A stretch of DNA of 63,969 nucleotides, filler included, from Sanchytrium tribonematis (GCA_018985235.1; 7 parts of 7 records of this genome joined end to end with filler, not necessarily neighbours in it); one strand, 5' to 3'; shown: positions 24,141-35,389, counted from the first letter of the whole stretch. Notes: generated by a model from the letters alone, not told the origin. Numbers and translations: made by a program.

Positions 24141-25070
24141 TTAAACCGGTTTCTTTTTGTATTTTTTCCATCTACCGCCGTAGTAATGCCTGAGCGCTTG
24201 CTGCTCATCGCATTTGTGTACTCTTCCTCCGACATAATAACCACAATTAAACATTTGAATCGGTCCAACGTATAAGTCGTTAACAATTACTGGTGCATTC
24301 CAAAAAGCAGAAATCGGCATCTCGTATTTTTCAACATATCGTTCGATTGCCCTGGTAAATGCTCCTGGGCCAGTGAGTACGAGCAGATTGCTATTAAATG
24401 ACTTCAATTCCTTAAATGAAATCGGATCTTTCTTGTATGCCTCGTATATATCATTGCAAACATCAATCAATATTGGATGTCCTGGCTGAGCTGCAAACGA
24501 CCATTGTACTATTTGATTTTTGCTGATATATGTTCCCAATTTATTCCCTTTAAAAAGCGCTTCCACACCAACCACCATTTTAATCTTTCCTGCGCTAAAT
24601 TTAGTAGCCCGCTCTAACCACAGCCAATCCTTTGGGTCCTGCCGAATTTCAACATCACTATCAATATAAACTCCTCCCTGTATGTAAATGATTAAATACC
24701 GACAAAAATCTGATTTCATAACACCATGAGGCAGCTCCCGGATGAGCCATTGAAAATTTGGATAACCTTTCGCCATTTCAATGCATTTTTCGTCGTCAAA
24801 AAGAGTCACTTTGTAGTCTGGGAAGTTCAATTGCAGCTGCTGCAACATGTAGCTTGAATACTTGTCTTTTATGGTGATATTCTTCACTGACATGTAAATA
24901 TTATTCGATATATCAAATTCTGAATGACCCTTGTGATCTTCCATAGTTTCCATGTCGGCTGCTTCAAATGAATCAGTGAAATTATCTTCGCGAAGAAATG
25001 GTAGAAAAGTGAGAAAAATAATTGCAACCCCAATAGTAATCCAAAAAAATTCTACGTTAGTATTTTTCAT
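24141..25070 (-). CDS. GT32 family glycosyltransferase (OCH1/HOC1-like mannosyltransferase), type II membrane protein
   Basis: N-terminal TM; MKSDFCRYLIIYIQGGVYIDSDV (DxD), QWSFAAQPGHPIL, LTGPGAFT, RHYYGGRWK. Confidence 0.88.
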   Translation of the reverse strand: MKNTNVEFFWITIGVAIIFLTFLPFLREDNFTDSFEAADMETMEDHKGHSEFDISNNIYMSVKNITIKDKYSSYMLQQLQLNFPDYKVTLFDDEKCIEMAKGYPNFQWLIRELPHGVMKSDFCRYLIIYIQGGVYIDSDVEIRQDPKDWLWLERATKFSAGKIKMVVGVEALFKGNKLGTYISKNQIVQWSFAAQPGHPILIDVCNDIYEAYKKDPISFKELKSFNSNLLVLTGPGAFTRAIERYVEKYEMPISAFWNAPVIVNDLYVGPIQMFNCGYYVGGRVHKCDEQQALRHYYGGRWKKYKKKPV

Positions 25071-25295
25071 TTTAATGGAACAATGAAGAGTCAACTATAT
25101 AAATCAGCAAGTTATTTTCCCCATATTTCTGACGAATCAACATCGTGCAAGTGGCCAAAGGCAAGTAAAGTGATAAATATTAATAAATGTATCCATAAAT
25201 TATTTCTCATACTAGAACCGACATCATCAGAGTCTCCTCAGTCGCATCCTGGTATTTTTTTGGTCAGAATATTAATAAGTAAGAATAAAATAATT

Positions 25296-26255
25296 TTATT
25301 TTTGCGCAGAATTCGCCGCGTATTTTTTCCACCTACCTCCATAGTAATGTCGAAGTGCTTGTTGCTCATCGCATTTGTAAAGAATTTCCTCAAAGGTAAA
25401 GCCACAGTTGAACATTTGAACAGGACCAATATATAAATCATTGACAACAAGAGGCGCATTCCAAAGGGCGCTTTGAGGCATACCAAATTTATCGGTGAAT
25501 CGTTTAATAGCTCTAGTAAATGCACCTGGGCCAGTCAATTGTATCAGATTAGAATTAAATGATTTTAATTCTTTAAAGGAATTTGGATCTTTCTTGTAAG
25601 CGTTGTATATATCATTACAAACATCGATTAATATCGGATGTCCTGGTTGAGCTGCAAATGACCATTGCACCATTTGCTCCATATTAACGTAAGTTCTAGC
25701 GGACATGTGTTCCTTAGTTTTAAAAAGTGCTTCCAATCCTACTACCATTTTCACTTCGCTTGCACTAAAATTCTTCGCTTTTTCCAACCAGAGCCAGTCT
25801 GCCGGATCTTGTCTAATTTCCACATCACTATCAATATAGATTCCACCTTTGATGTAAATGATTAAATATCGGCAGAAATCTGATTTCATAACACCATGTG
25901 GTAGTTCTCGAACCAGCCATTGAAAATTTGGATAATCTTTAGCTATTTCAATGCATTTGTCATCATCAAATAATGTAACCTTGTAATTTTTAAAATTTGT
26001 TTCTAATTGTTGCAGCATGTACCCTGAATATTGATCTCTTTCATAAATATTCTTCACGGACATGTAAATATTATTTGGTATTTTAAACTTAGAGTTGTCA
26101 ACATGATCGTCGACACTTTCCATGGGACCATTTGTATTTTCATGCTCTGTTGAAACAGGCATGTTCGCTGGCCTCAACCATGGCAAAATCGTGATCATGA
26201 ATATGGCCAACCCTATGCAAATCCAAAAGTATTCGAGTCGGAAAACCTTTTTCAT
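25296..26255 (-). CDS. GT32 family glycosyltransferase, tandem paralog
   Basis: Same motifs, with long identical stretches to 24141-25070 (ELPHGVMKSDFCRYLIIYI, KCDEQQALRHYYGGRWKKY). Confidence 0.88.
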   Translation of the reverse strand: MKKVFRLEYFWICIGLAIFMITILPWLRPANMPVSTEHENTNGPMESVDDHVDNSKFKIPNNIYMSVKNIYERDQYSGYMLQQLETNFKNYKVTLFDDDKCIEIAKDYPNFQWLVRELPHGVMKSDFCRYLIIYIKGGIYIDSDVEIRQDPADWLWLEKAKNFSASEVKMVVGLEALFKTKEHMSARTYVNMEQMVQWSFAAQPGHPILIDVCNDIYNAYKKDPNSFKELKSFNSNLIQLTGPGAFTRAIKRFTDKFGMPQSALWNAPLVVNDLYIGPVQMFNCGFTFEEILYKCDEQQALRHYYGGRWKKYAANSAQK

Positions 26256-26400
26256 GACAAAGCGCGATTTGAGAAGTAAAAGGAGCAACTAATTTATTTT
26301 GAATATTAATCATCCAATCAAATTAATCCAATGAACATTGAGGAAAGTGAAAGGTCCGGGTATTGATGAAGTCATGATACTTACATATACAAGTACGCAT

Positions 26401-27780
26401 TTAATTGTCCAGAATTTCAATAATGTCATGATCATCATCTATGTCCATTTTATCGTCTTTCGGTAATTTTAAATATTCTTCATGGTGCGCATCAATGATC
26501 GTAAGCAATCCCGTTCTGTCTATTCTCGTCATGTTTTCCCACCATTTAACTTTACTCTTCATCTTCTCTAATAATTCTACATCTTCTAAAATACATCTTA
26601 TATTTTCTATTACAAATAAACCACAGTCGCAACCATTTGGTTGAACAGGAGATTCCCCACCCACCATTTTATACCTTTTGGATACTTGACTATCATCTAG
26701 GGAAATACCAAATGTATAATTGACGAGTGCTTTTAGGTATAGACCAAAATACCGCTTGACCCATGGCTTTGATGTAGAATGTAAAGAATCCACAATTATT
26801 AGGAAGCAAGTTTGGTCATCGTTAATTGACGCAACGTATTGCCAGTTTTCAATGATTACGAAATACCAATGAAAGTTCTCATTGACAGGAAAAATCAAGA
26901 TATTATAATCGGAAATGTTAATTTTTTTGTGCCATCTTAGCAATTCGCTGAAATCTTTTGTAGTCTTTTGAATTTTCTTAATTTTCTCGAAAAAAAATGA
27001 ATTAAATACGTGAACACCCTTGGTGTGATTCTTTAAAATATGCAATGTGTTGAAATACAAAATTAACTGGTCATTTAAAAATTCAGAGGTTCCTAGCCGC
27101 AATACATCAGATTTTCTTAAAGCGACGTTGTTTTTTTCGCAAACAACGTCCTCATCTTTCAATTCTTGGAGAAATGAAGGCAATTGTACTTTTTCTATGC
27201 CATCGTCAAATTGGTTCATGTCCAAATCTGGAAAACCATCTTTTTTAAGACTCAATCTATTACTGCGACGCTTTCTTATATCGCTAAATTTCTTGTGAGA
27301 TTTAGACTCTGATAAATCCAGAGGATCACTAGTAAAAAAATCAGATTCGGAATTGTTACCTTTAAAGCTGAAGGAAGACTTTTTTTCTTTTGTGAAAATT
27401 GATGTCGCACTTTTCTTTTGATTGACAGACTCCATGGAAACATCACTAAATTCTTGTGGATCGGCTTTAACGTTTTTTAAGTCTTCCATTTCAAAATCAA
27501 TGACCTTCGACTTTTTATAGACTTCCGCTCCGTTTTTGTGAACTGAGAAGACCTTCAAAGGTTTAGAATGCAAATTGCTTTTCACTTGCGCAGGCTTTTG
27601 GGTGAAAAGTGAAGTTACACTTTTGCCATGGTTAGTGCTAATTGAATTTTTCTTCTTGTATTCCTCAAATTGTTTATGTATGGAAGGTTTTAACAACGGG
27701 GATTTCCCTGGTCGGCTCATGTACTTTTTCTTGGACGTAAATGAGCCCTCTCCTGGTTCTAAACTCTTTGACTTCTTCAT
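26401..27780 (-). CDS. ULP2: SUMO protease, peptidase C48 (ULP2-like); frame open to the contig edge
   Basis: FLNDQLI, HVFNSFFF, IFPVNENFHWY (His), IVDSL (Asp), QPNGCDCGLFV (Gln/Cys). Confidence 0.85.
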   Translation of the reverse strand: MKKSKSLEPGEGSFTSKKKYMSRPGKSPLLKPSIHKQFEEYKKKNSISTNHGKSVTSLFTQKPAQVKSNLHSKPLKVFSVHKNGAEVYKKSKVIDFEMEDLKNVKADPQEFSDVSMESVNQKKSATSIFTKEKKSSFSFKGNNSESDFFTSDPLDLSESKSHKKFSDIRKRRSNRLSLKKDGFPDLDMNQFDDGIEKVQLPSFLQELKDEDVVCEKNNVALRKSDVLRLGTSEFLNDQLILYFNTLHILKNHTKGVHVFNSFFFEKIKKIQKTTKDFSELLRWHKKINISDYNILIFPVNENFHWYFVIIENWQYVASINDDQTCFLIIVDSLHSTSKPWVKRYFGLYLKALVNYTFGISLDDSQVSKRYKMVGGESPVQPNGCDCGLFVIENIRCILEDVELLEKMKSKVKWWENMTRIDRTGLLTIIDAHHEEYLKLPKDDKMDIDDDHDIIEILDN

Positions 27781-27916
27781 TCTGGAAAGGTTTTCAGTAA
27801 CATTATCATCTGTTAANNNNNNNNNNNNNNNNNNNNNNNNNNNNNNNNNNNNNNNNNNNNTTAATTAATTAANNNNNNNNNNNNNNNNNNNNNNNNNNNN
27901 NNNNNNNNNNNNNNNN

Positions 27917-27986
27917 GTCAAGTCAAGTCAGACTCGACTTAAGGCAGATTATTTATTTTTCGACTTGACTCGACTTGACTTAGTCT
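27917..27986. repeat. Contig-terminal quasi-palindrome of AAGTC/GACTT units, probable DNA-transposon end
   Basis: GTCAAGTCAAGTC...CGACTTGACTCGACTTGACTTAGTCTA; the minus strand begins TAG, as many hAT termini do. Confidence 0.45.
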
Positions 27987-28059
27987 AAACCGTCATCTAT
28001 ATCAGGATGGATCCTAAAAACATCCTGTGCATGATTTATAACTATATTTATTATTTACA

Positions 28060-30063
28060 TTAAGGTGTGAATTCACTGGGTGCTCGATTTCTCAATTGTA
28101 ATTTAAATGGTGTTTTAGAAGCAACAATCCCAACCAACATGGCATTCAAACACAATTTAATCGTGTAAATGGGTGACCAAATGAATTGATATGGTTGTAC
28201 TTTCCATTGATATGCATGAATTACTGGTAAATCTGAAGAGATTTGGGCATTTGTGGCAATAATTTGAGATGTTAAAACAGTCATTTGAGTACTTTGAGCA
28301 TAAATACGAGTAGGACCTAAATAAATGAGAAGTACGAGTAACTAAAGTAGCATCTACTTGTAATACAACAGTTTGAGTATCTAGTTGCGTCTCTGATTGA
28401 GTTGCATTCTTCAAAGTGGTCCATTTTAAATCAGTTTTTTGCGATGTCGTGATTGTTGGAATAACTGTTTTACTTGGAATGTAATATGTATGATTAACAT
28501 CCAATGGGACTATGCTACATGTCGCACTATTACTTGAATAAACATCATCTGAATTGCAAAAATTGTAAAATGTTTTACCAAACACTCCAGGTGCCATTGG
28601 ATTGTTGCTCAAATCGCATAAATCTAATTTGATGTGTCATCTATAGACACATCAGTAATCAGATTATTTTGAATATACATCTCATATGGTGTTTTGAATG
28701 AGAAATTGCCACTCAAGAAATTATTGTTGAAATAAAATGAAGAACCTGTAAATTGGAAATTGATGCATCCACTCAATTGATTATATGATAAATCCAAAAC
28801 ACCTACACTTTTTAGTGAAATCGGGATACTTCCAGTGAACAAATTGTGGGAAATGTTCAAATAATAATACGGAGAGATACTTGGAATGTTGCCCGTTAAT
28901 AAATTACATGATAAATCTAGCCAGTAGAGCGTACTAAATAAATTATTACTGATGTTACCACTCAATGAATTACCTGCTAATCCAAAATGACTAATGGATT
29001 GTGGCAAAGAAACGGGTAGTTTTTTGAATTGATTAAAACTCAAATACAAATAATCAACCTTTGAATTACTCAAATCAATATCACCCATCAGTAAATTATG
29101 TGAAAAGTCCACCGTGGTATAAATAGCCGAACCCAGCACTGGTAAAATCCCAGTAAATAAATTCCATGATAAATCCAAATTGTTCAAATTAGCTACGGAG
29201 GCAAAATTTGAAATGCTTCCAGTCAGTATATTATATGCTAAAGACAATTTATACATCTCGTTTGGTAATCTTGATTGAAGATGTCCTGTTAATTGGTTGA
29301 ATTGCAATTCTAATGATCTCAATGAATCAGGAAAATAAGGTAAACTTCCATTTAATTGATTGTTTTTCATCAATATTTGATTTAAATTCGGTGGAATGTA
29401 TTCTATAGGGCCATAAATCATATTATTACTTGCTCCTAAATAGGTCAAAGTATTTGGAAACTCATTTGGCAATTCATCAAAAATCAAATTGTTTGAAACA
29501 TCAATATATTGCAAATTTGGTGGTAAAATTCGAGGCATAGTAGTCAGCAAATTCCCGTATAATATCAGGTTGGTCAGACTAGATGGAAAAGATTTGGGCA
29601 TGACGCCTAATTGATTTTGATTTAATTCCAAATCTATCAATTGAGAAGGTAAATTTTCTGGAATAGCACCATAAAGCAAATTGTCATAAAGTGCCAGGTA
29701 TCTGATAGCATTTGGTAAGTCATTTGGGATTGTAGTACTTAGTGGTGTCGCATGAATCACCAAAGTATGTAAATTTAAAGGAATGAATTGACTTTTAATT
29801 TCGCCATTAATATTGACATTTGATAATACCAAATAAGTCACATATTGAGTAGAAACACCTGCGCATCTTATATACAATTCTGCCTTTCCATAATTGATAT
29901 TAGTCGAGCAGCAGTCTGCTGGAATTTGTTTATACACCAATGGATCTGTCAAATGAAGATTCAAACCTTTTAAAAAGCTTATAATCAGTGGGCAGTCTGA
30001 AGAAATACCGTATAGACGCGTCAGTAGTGAGAAATAGACTAGAATTATGGATATCAAAGTCAT
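28060..30063 (-). pseudogene. Secreted LRR receptor-like protein with S/T stalk and C-terminal hydrophobic segment; 1-bp frameshift at ~28624 and putative 19-nt intron at 28317-28335
   Basis: Signal peptide, SDC...DCC N-cap, many LxxLxLxxNxLxGxIP repeats. IDDTSN*/CDLSNNPM aligns with the paralog INDTKSLAICDLSFNPL if one T is restored; the intron joins the last two ORFs. Confidence 0.75.
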
Positions 30064-30201
30064 TTTTTAAAAGATTAAAAATGTTTCTGGCCTACTTTAT
30101 GTAAATGACCATGGAATAAATTTTTGAAATGATGGATTGGCCTTGTAAGTAATAACTCTAGGACTCATGATCTATGAATCCTCCAATTTTCTCCTCTAAA
30201 C

Positions 30202-31242
30202 ATGTCCACCATTTTACCCAATGAATTATTATTAAAATGTATTCCATTAGAAAATAGATTATCCATCAACAAATACTTCGCCACTTCCTACTTAAAACAT
30301 CATTATAAATCCATCTCCATTAAAAATGAAGCAGATTTATCAAATCTAAATGAAATCAAACCATTGCCAATTGATGCATATATTCATTCATTTGATGTGC
30401 ATATACCATGTCATATATCATTTAACAAGTATATCCAACTCAATAGTGTCTTTATATCCATTAATTATCATGAAAATGGTAAAATATTCAATTCATTGGC
30501 ATATAGTCAAATAGCACCACAAATCACTCATTTAAGTATATTATATCGTGATTATACTACATTTGACTTTCTACAATCCATAGATTGTACATACTATGAT
30601 TTATTAGTTCATTTTGTGAATTTAAAGGAATTGGTGATTTCTACATTTGAAAATTTAAATATTTTAAATCAAATGCCAAAAATGTCTAAATTATGCATCA
30701 TGTCAAATATGGCACATACCCGTACCCAAATATTACCATTAAAATATATTAAATCACTTGAGATCTTTTCAAATTATTTCAATCATTTGGGTCATTTATT
30801 TCCAAATTGCACTAATTTATTCATTTCATCACTTGAACCATATGATTTATCAGATTATACAAATGTAACAACACTAAAATCAAATACACACATTCTAAAT
30901 TACCCACCTCGTCTCGAAAATATACATTTTTATGGATTTTGTGATTTTTCAATAAACAATGTCAAATCCATTAAAATGGTGCAGTATTCCGGTAAATTAT
31001 CCAATTTATTCCATTCTCAAATGTATCAATCCCATTTAAAATATCCAAATATCATTTTTATTTATGAAAAATATGATTTTGCATATTGCAGTCATTTTAT
31101 GAAAAATAGTCAATTAAATCAAAATTATCAATATTATCAACGCATTGAGCCAGACGGGTATTATTTATATTTCGATAAAGATCCAAAAGCATTTTATATG
31201 GGCACTGATTATTTGAAATATATTGGATGGATAAGTGACTAA
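30202..31242 (+). CDS. F-box-like / degenerate LRR protein
   Basis: N-terminal ILPNELLLKCI (F-box-like); repeats such as FVNLKELVIS and LFPNCTNLFIS. Confidence 0.5.
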   Translation: MSTILPNELLLKCIPLENRLSINKYFATSYLKHHYKSISIKNEADLSNLNEIKPLPIDAYIHSFDVHIPCHISFNKYIQLNSVFISINYHENGKIFNSLAYSQIAPQITHLSILYRDYTTFDFLQSIDCTYYDLLVHFVNLKELVISTFENLNILNQMPKMSKLCIMSNMAHTRTQILPLKYIKSLEIFSNYFNHLGHLFPNCTNLFISSLEPYDLSDYTNVTTLKSNTHILNYPPRLENIHFYGFCDFSINNVKSIKMVQYSGKLSNLFHSQMYQSHLKYPNIIFIYEKYDFAYCSHFMKNSQLNQNYQYYQRIEPDGYYLYFDKDPKAFYMGTDYLKYIGWISD

Positions 31243-31338
31243 ATTTGAATAAAAAAGTAAAAACTGTTTCGGTTCTCAGTTTATTCAATCATGGATTTCA
31301 TTTTACTTGAATAGCATTATAATCTTCCAAGTAGCTAA

Positions 31339-32157
31339 TTATTTATTAAATTTGAAAAATGTTCTAATAGTTTTTTTTGCTTCTTTTCCTTCTTTTTTTA
31401 ATCTCTTTTTCAGCCTGAACTCCATGGAATGCCTGCGATACTGATCGTCATATTTTATAGATGCATGAAAGTAATAGGAAGAATCAAACACGATTGCGGA
31501 TCCGGTGTTCATTGGCGAAAAATCGAATGTATATAAATCTTTATCTTTTTCTGGTAACAAAATATTATTGCTAGGATTTTTGTAGAGTTTAAAATTATCA
31601 GGCTGTATAAAATGCAAATTGTGATCTACAATTTCATCAGGTCCTATATTGATCCAAACGTTAAATGTTTTCTCTTGGTCTAAATCGTCTTTAAATTTTT
31701 TAATATTCTTTGCAGTCATTGTCATTGGAATCCCGGTAAAAGTACTATTAACAACATCCTGATGAAAAGCCGGTACAACATTGTTATTTTGAGAATCTCT
31801 ATATCTAAAATGCACACATATCATATCCCATTCAAATTTTTGCTTGAAGAACTTTTCTGCCATTTCACAATATTCTTTCTTCAGTTTCTTCTTTTCCTTT
31901 TGACCAATGCTTACACTTGTCAATTGTTTCAGATAATCTACCTCTTCTCCAGTAAAACCATTTGGAAAAACTTGAATTCCATGTTCAACAAGAGTAAACG
32001 CACTAGTTGTTGAGCTACATGTGTGTTTAATCAAGCCATATTTCACTCTTACTACGGCTACATCAGCAAATTGATAGAGAGCATGTTTTCTTTCACATTC
32101 CATTTCATTACGATTAACATTAGAATAGGCAGATGCACATGTTAAAACAACCAACAT
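31339..32157 (-). CDS. Putative Fe(II)/2-oxoglutarate dioxygenase (CmcJ/NvfI/AsaB-like) with a hydrophobic N-terminus
   Basis: PAFHQD (HxD), FNVWINIG..IVDHNL, MNTGSAIVFDS, FHASI (distal His), RRHSMEFR. Confidence 0.6.
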   Translation of the reverse strand: MLVVLTCASAYSNVNRNEMECERKHALYQFADVAVVRVKYGLIKHTCSSTTSAFTLVEHGIQVFPNGFTGEEVDYLKQLTSVSIGQKEKKKLKKEYCEMAEKFFKQKFEWDMICVHFRYRDSQNNNVVPAFHQDVVNSTFTGIPMTMTAKNIKKFKDDLDQEKTFNVWINIGPDEIVDHNLHFIQPDNFKLYKNPSNNILLPEKDKDLYTFDFSPMNTGSAIVFDSSYYFHASIKYDDQYRRHSMEFRLKKRLKKEGKEAKKTIRTFFKFNK

Positions 32158-32522
32158 ACAGATATGGATCTGCACGCTTTTGACAGCATTATGTGATCCT
32201 GTGAAACTTCAAAAGACCAATCAATTGTTTGTGAAAAAGACACAAAAAGTACAAATGTATTACAGAATTTTTGATTTCGCTTCACTTAACCGAGAACTGA
32301 TTGAGATCGTAATAAAATTGACTGTCATGTAGTTTCAACTCCAATTGCCAATATTTTTACGAGCACGAGGCGCATTCTAGTCAATTTGAGAGATATATGC
32401 GCCAATTCATACACTAGCAAACAATAAATGCTCATTTGCAAATCTAAAACAGTCAAGTCATTCATGGTCACCTGTCTGAACATGTTGCAATATATTTGCC
32501 AATTTGCCATCCCCATCAAACA

Positions 32523-33947
32523 ATGAATTCTCTACTAGAATACATCCAATCCAACCAACAAGAATCACTCAATCTACTCAAAACAGCAGTAGAAATCCCA
32601 TCCATCTCTGGCTCATTACAACATCGTCCACAAGTCCATGAAATGGGTAAATGGCTAGAATCTCATATGAAGACACTAGGCATCTCTACTGAATTGAGAT
32701 ATCCTGGTAAACAAGAAATGGAAGGTAAACAAGTGGATTTACCGCCCATTATCCTTGGTAAACTCGGAAATGATCCAAATAAGAAAACATTGCTTGTTTA
32801 TGGTCATTATGATGTCCAACCAGCTGAATTAGAAGACGGATGGGCTACAGATCCTTTTAAATACACCCCGCATGAATTAAATCATGAAACATTAAATGGC
32901 AAAATGATTGCTCGTGGTGTTTCTGATGACAAGGGCCCTGTCTTGGGATGGTTAGTAGCCATTAATGCACATATCAAATGTAATGTAGAATTACCCATCA
33001 ATTTCTTATTCTGTTTTGAAGGCATGGAAGAATCTGGCAGTGAAGGATTACACGAATTAATCATTGCAGAAAGTCAAAAATACTTTAAATCTGCTGATTA
33101 TGTGTGTATCAGTGATAATTACTGGTTAGGCAAGACAAAACCATGCTTAACTTATGGATTACGAGGTGTTTCATATTATGAATTACAAATCTCTGGTCCT
33201 GCTGCTGATTTACATTCTGGTGTATTTGGTGGCACCATTCACGAACCAATGACTGATTTAATCCATCTCATGTCCAAATTAGTCACCCCACAAGGTCAAA
33301 TATTGATTCCCAATTTGTTAGATGCAGTCAAACCCATTTCTCAAGAGGAAATCAAGTTGTATGACTCTATTGATTTCAATTTAAATGATTTCATTGATTC
33401 TATTGGTAATGATGTCACATTAACAAGAGATAAAACCAATTTATTAATGTCTAAATGGAGAAATCCCTCATTATCTCTACATGGCATCCAAGGTGCATTT
33501 CACGGTGTAGGTGCTAAAACAGTCATTCCTGCCAAAGTACTAGGCAAATTCAGCATCAGATCTGTCCCCCATCAAGAGCCCAAACAAATTGACCAACTCG
33601 TCACCAACTATTTACAAACAGAGTTTCAAAAATTAAATTCTAAAAATAAAATGCAACTCAAATGCCATCATGGTGGTAAATCATGGCTTGCCAATATTGA
33701 TAATCCCAATTTCCAAGCTGGTAAACGCGCTGTTGAAAAGGTATTCCAAATTACCCCTGATTATACGCGTGAAGGTGGCAGTATTCCTGTGACATTGACA
33801 TTTCAAGATGCTTTAAATAAGGATGTCTTGTTATTGCCAATGGGTGCTTGTGATGATGGTGCACATTCCATTAATGAAAAATTAGATTTGCGCAATTATA
33901 TTAAAGGCATTCAATTAATGATTGCGTATATTCACGAATTGAAATAA
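32523..33947 (+). CDS. DUG1: Cys-Gly metallodipeptidase, M20A (DUG1/CNDP2)
   Basis: VYGHYDVQPA, ARGVSDDKGP, FEGMEESGS, ISDNYWLG, DLHSGVFGG, TREGGSIPV, DDGAHSINEK. Confidence 0.95.
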   Translation: MNSLLEYIQSNQQESLNLLKTAVEIPSISGSLQHRPQVHEMGKWLESHMKTLGISTELRYPGKQEMEGKQVDLPPIILGKLGNDPNKKTLLVYGHYDVQPAELEDGWATDPFKYTPHELNHETLNGKMIARGVSDDKGPVLGWLVAINAHIKCNVELPINFLFCFEGMEESGSEGLHELIIAESQKYFKSADYVCISDNYWLGKTKPCLTYGLRGVSYYELQISGPAADLHSGVFGGTIHEPMTDLIHLMSKLVTPQGQILIPNLLDAVKPISQEEIKLYDSIDFNLNDFIDSIGNDVTLTRDKTNLLMSKWRNPSLSLHGIQGAFHGVGAKTVIPAKVLGKFSIRSVPHQEPKQIDQLVTNYLQTEFQKLNSKNKMQLKCHHGGKSWLANIDNPNFQAGKRAVEKVFQITPDYTREGGSIPVTLTFQDALNKDVLLLPMGACDDGAHSINEKLDLRNYIKGIQLMIAYIHELK

Positions 33948-34430
33948 ATAGAATATGGAATACAATTTGATTTATTTATTCTGTGTCACAAGCCAATCAT
34001 ATCAAGTCATTTGACATTGTATTCATGGTATTCATTGGCTGCCTTTGTACACAGAATCTCACAAATCAATTTATGATTTATTGACAATATACATCAATCC
34101 CATTTTTTCAATTAATTACTACCTGATGCATCACGAGTCACGGATAATATATTGTATTTACTTTGATTAATTCAAAAATAACATGTATCATCCTAATAAA
34201 TGTAATAGTCAATTTGTAATCACCATTAACAATCTAGGTTTGACATTTGTTGCTACTTGCTTAACGCGTACAAGTTTCAATTAAATAACCACTCAAATTA
34301 AATGATAAAAACTCGTATTTCGTACCAATCAGTGACAATACATTTTATTAATTGATCCTACCTCTGTTTTAATTCTAAAGCATTACAATTTACAGTTAAT
34401 GCACGAAGTATATTGCAGCTGGTTTCTAAC

Positions 34431-34886
34431 TTATTCTGAATTATCATCGTTAATTTTGCATTCAATTTGAAAGTTGTGAAAATTAGCAGAATCTTCCTGC
34501 GCTTTTAAAAATTTCTTCCAAATGGCAGATAATAGAGATTTGTCTAAAATGTCCTTCAATGTGACAAGAAATGGATCTTGTAACTCGTACTTATCTTTAT
34601 TATCACCAGATTGTGAAATATCTAAAAGTTTAGAGTAAGATAATGAGGGCGTTATACCAGTTAGTGTACCAGTAAATTGTACTTGGTTTGGGTTGTCTTT
34701 AATCCATTCAAATCGAATGTGACTGATTATTTGAAGTGATTGATGTGTAATTTCAATAGTGCTTTCATAAATTTCATTCTCATTTAGATCGACCTTAAAA
34801 TGTTGGATTTGCTTCAAAACTCTGACAATACATGGAGTTTGAAATGATTTGAGTGCATTTAGCAGAGAAAGAAATAGGGGCATCAT
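34431..34886 (-). CDS. Small secreted hypothetical protein
   Basis: Hydrophobic leader MMPLFLSLLNA preceded by CCCCTCAAAAC; shares [FY]xGTLT and an early Cys with its neighbour. Confidence 0.6.
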   Translation of the reverse strand: MMPLFLSLLNALKSFQTPCIVRVLKQIQHFKVDLNENEIYESTIEITHQSLQIISHIRFEWIKDNPNQVQFTGTLTGITPSLSYSKLLDISQSGDNKDKYELQDPFLVTLKDILDKSLLSAIWKKFLKAQEDSANFHNFQIECKINDDNSE

Positions 34887-34933
34887 TTGATGTTTTGAGG
34901 GGAACAGAAATCCAAATAATCTTTTACTTACAT

Positions 34934-35389
34934 TTATTTACTGATGCTATTGTCAATCTCATTTCCATTCACTTCAAATGATTGACCATATGGAAGACAT
35001 TTCAAATAAAATGGACCAGTGCCGTGTGTTAATTCCTTTTTCAACGTATATCTATTTGAAGATGGCTCTATCAATTGAATAGGTGCAATTTCTTCTTTAC
35101 TCAATCCATTCCATGATTTGTATTTAGAAGATGTCAGAGTGCCATTATATTTTAAATATAGATATCCATTTTGTTTCATTACATCAAAAGAAATTCTAAA
35201 TTGGGAATCGTCTATTTCGAAATGAGTTCTCTTGTGTTTTCTTATTTTAATTTGTACTATTTGGATCATTTCTGGATCATCGCGAATCATTTTATTCTTT
35301 AAACTGTAATGAAATCCAATAAATGATTGAATTTGACAGGTGGCTAAAAATTTATCAATAGCCGATAAACAAAGCAACACAATCAACAT
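34934..35389 (-). CDS. Small secreted hypothetical protein (divergent tandem paralog of 34431-34886)
   Basis: Leader MLIVLLCLSA; same length (151 aa from this ATG); LKYNGTLT versus VQFTGTLT. Confidence 0.55.
   Translation of the reverse strand: MLIVLLCLSAIDKFLATCQIQSFIGFHYSLKNKMIRDDPEMIQIVQIKIRKHKRTHFEIDDSQFRISFDVMKQNGYLYLKYNGTLTSSKYKSWNGLSKEEIAPIQLIEPSSNRYTLKKELTHGTGPFYLKCLPYGQSFEVNGNEIDNSISK

Noticed and set aside
28612..28650. Frame break in the LRR gene as another tiny intron
   Set aside because: The available GT-AG pairs (25 and 27 nt) give the wrong phase; adding one T restores NLDLCDLSNNP, matching the paralog.
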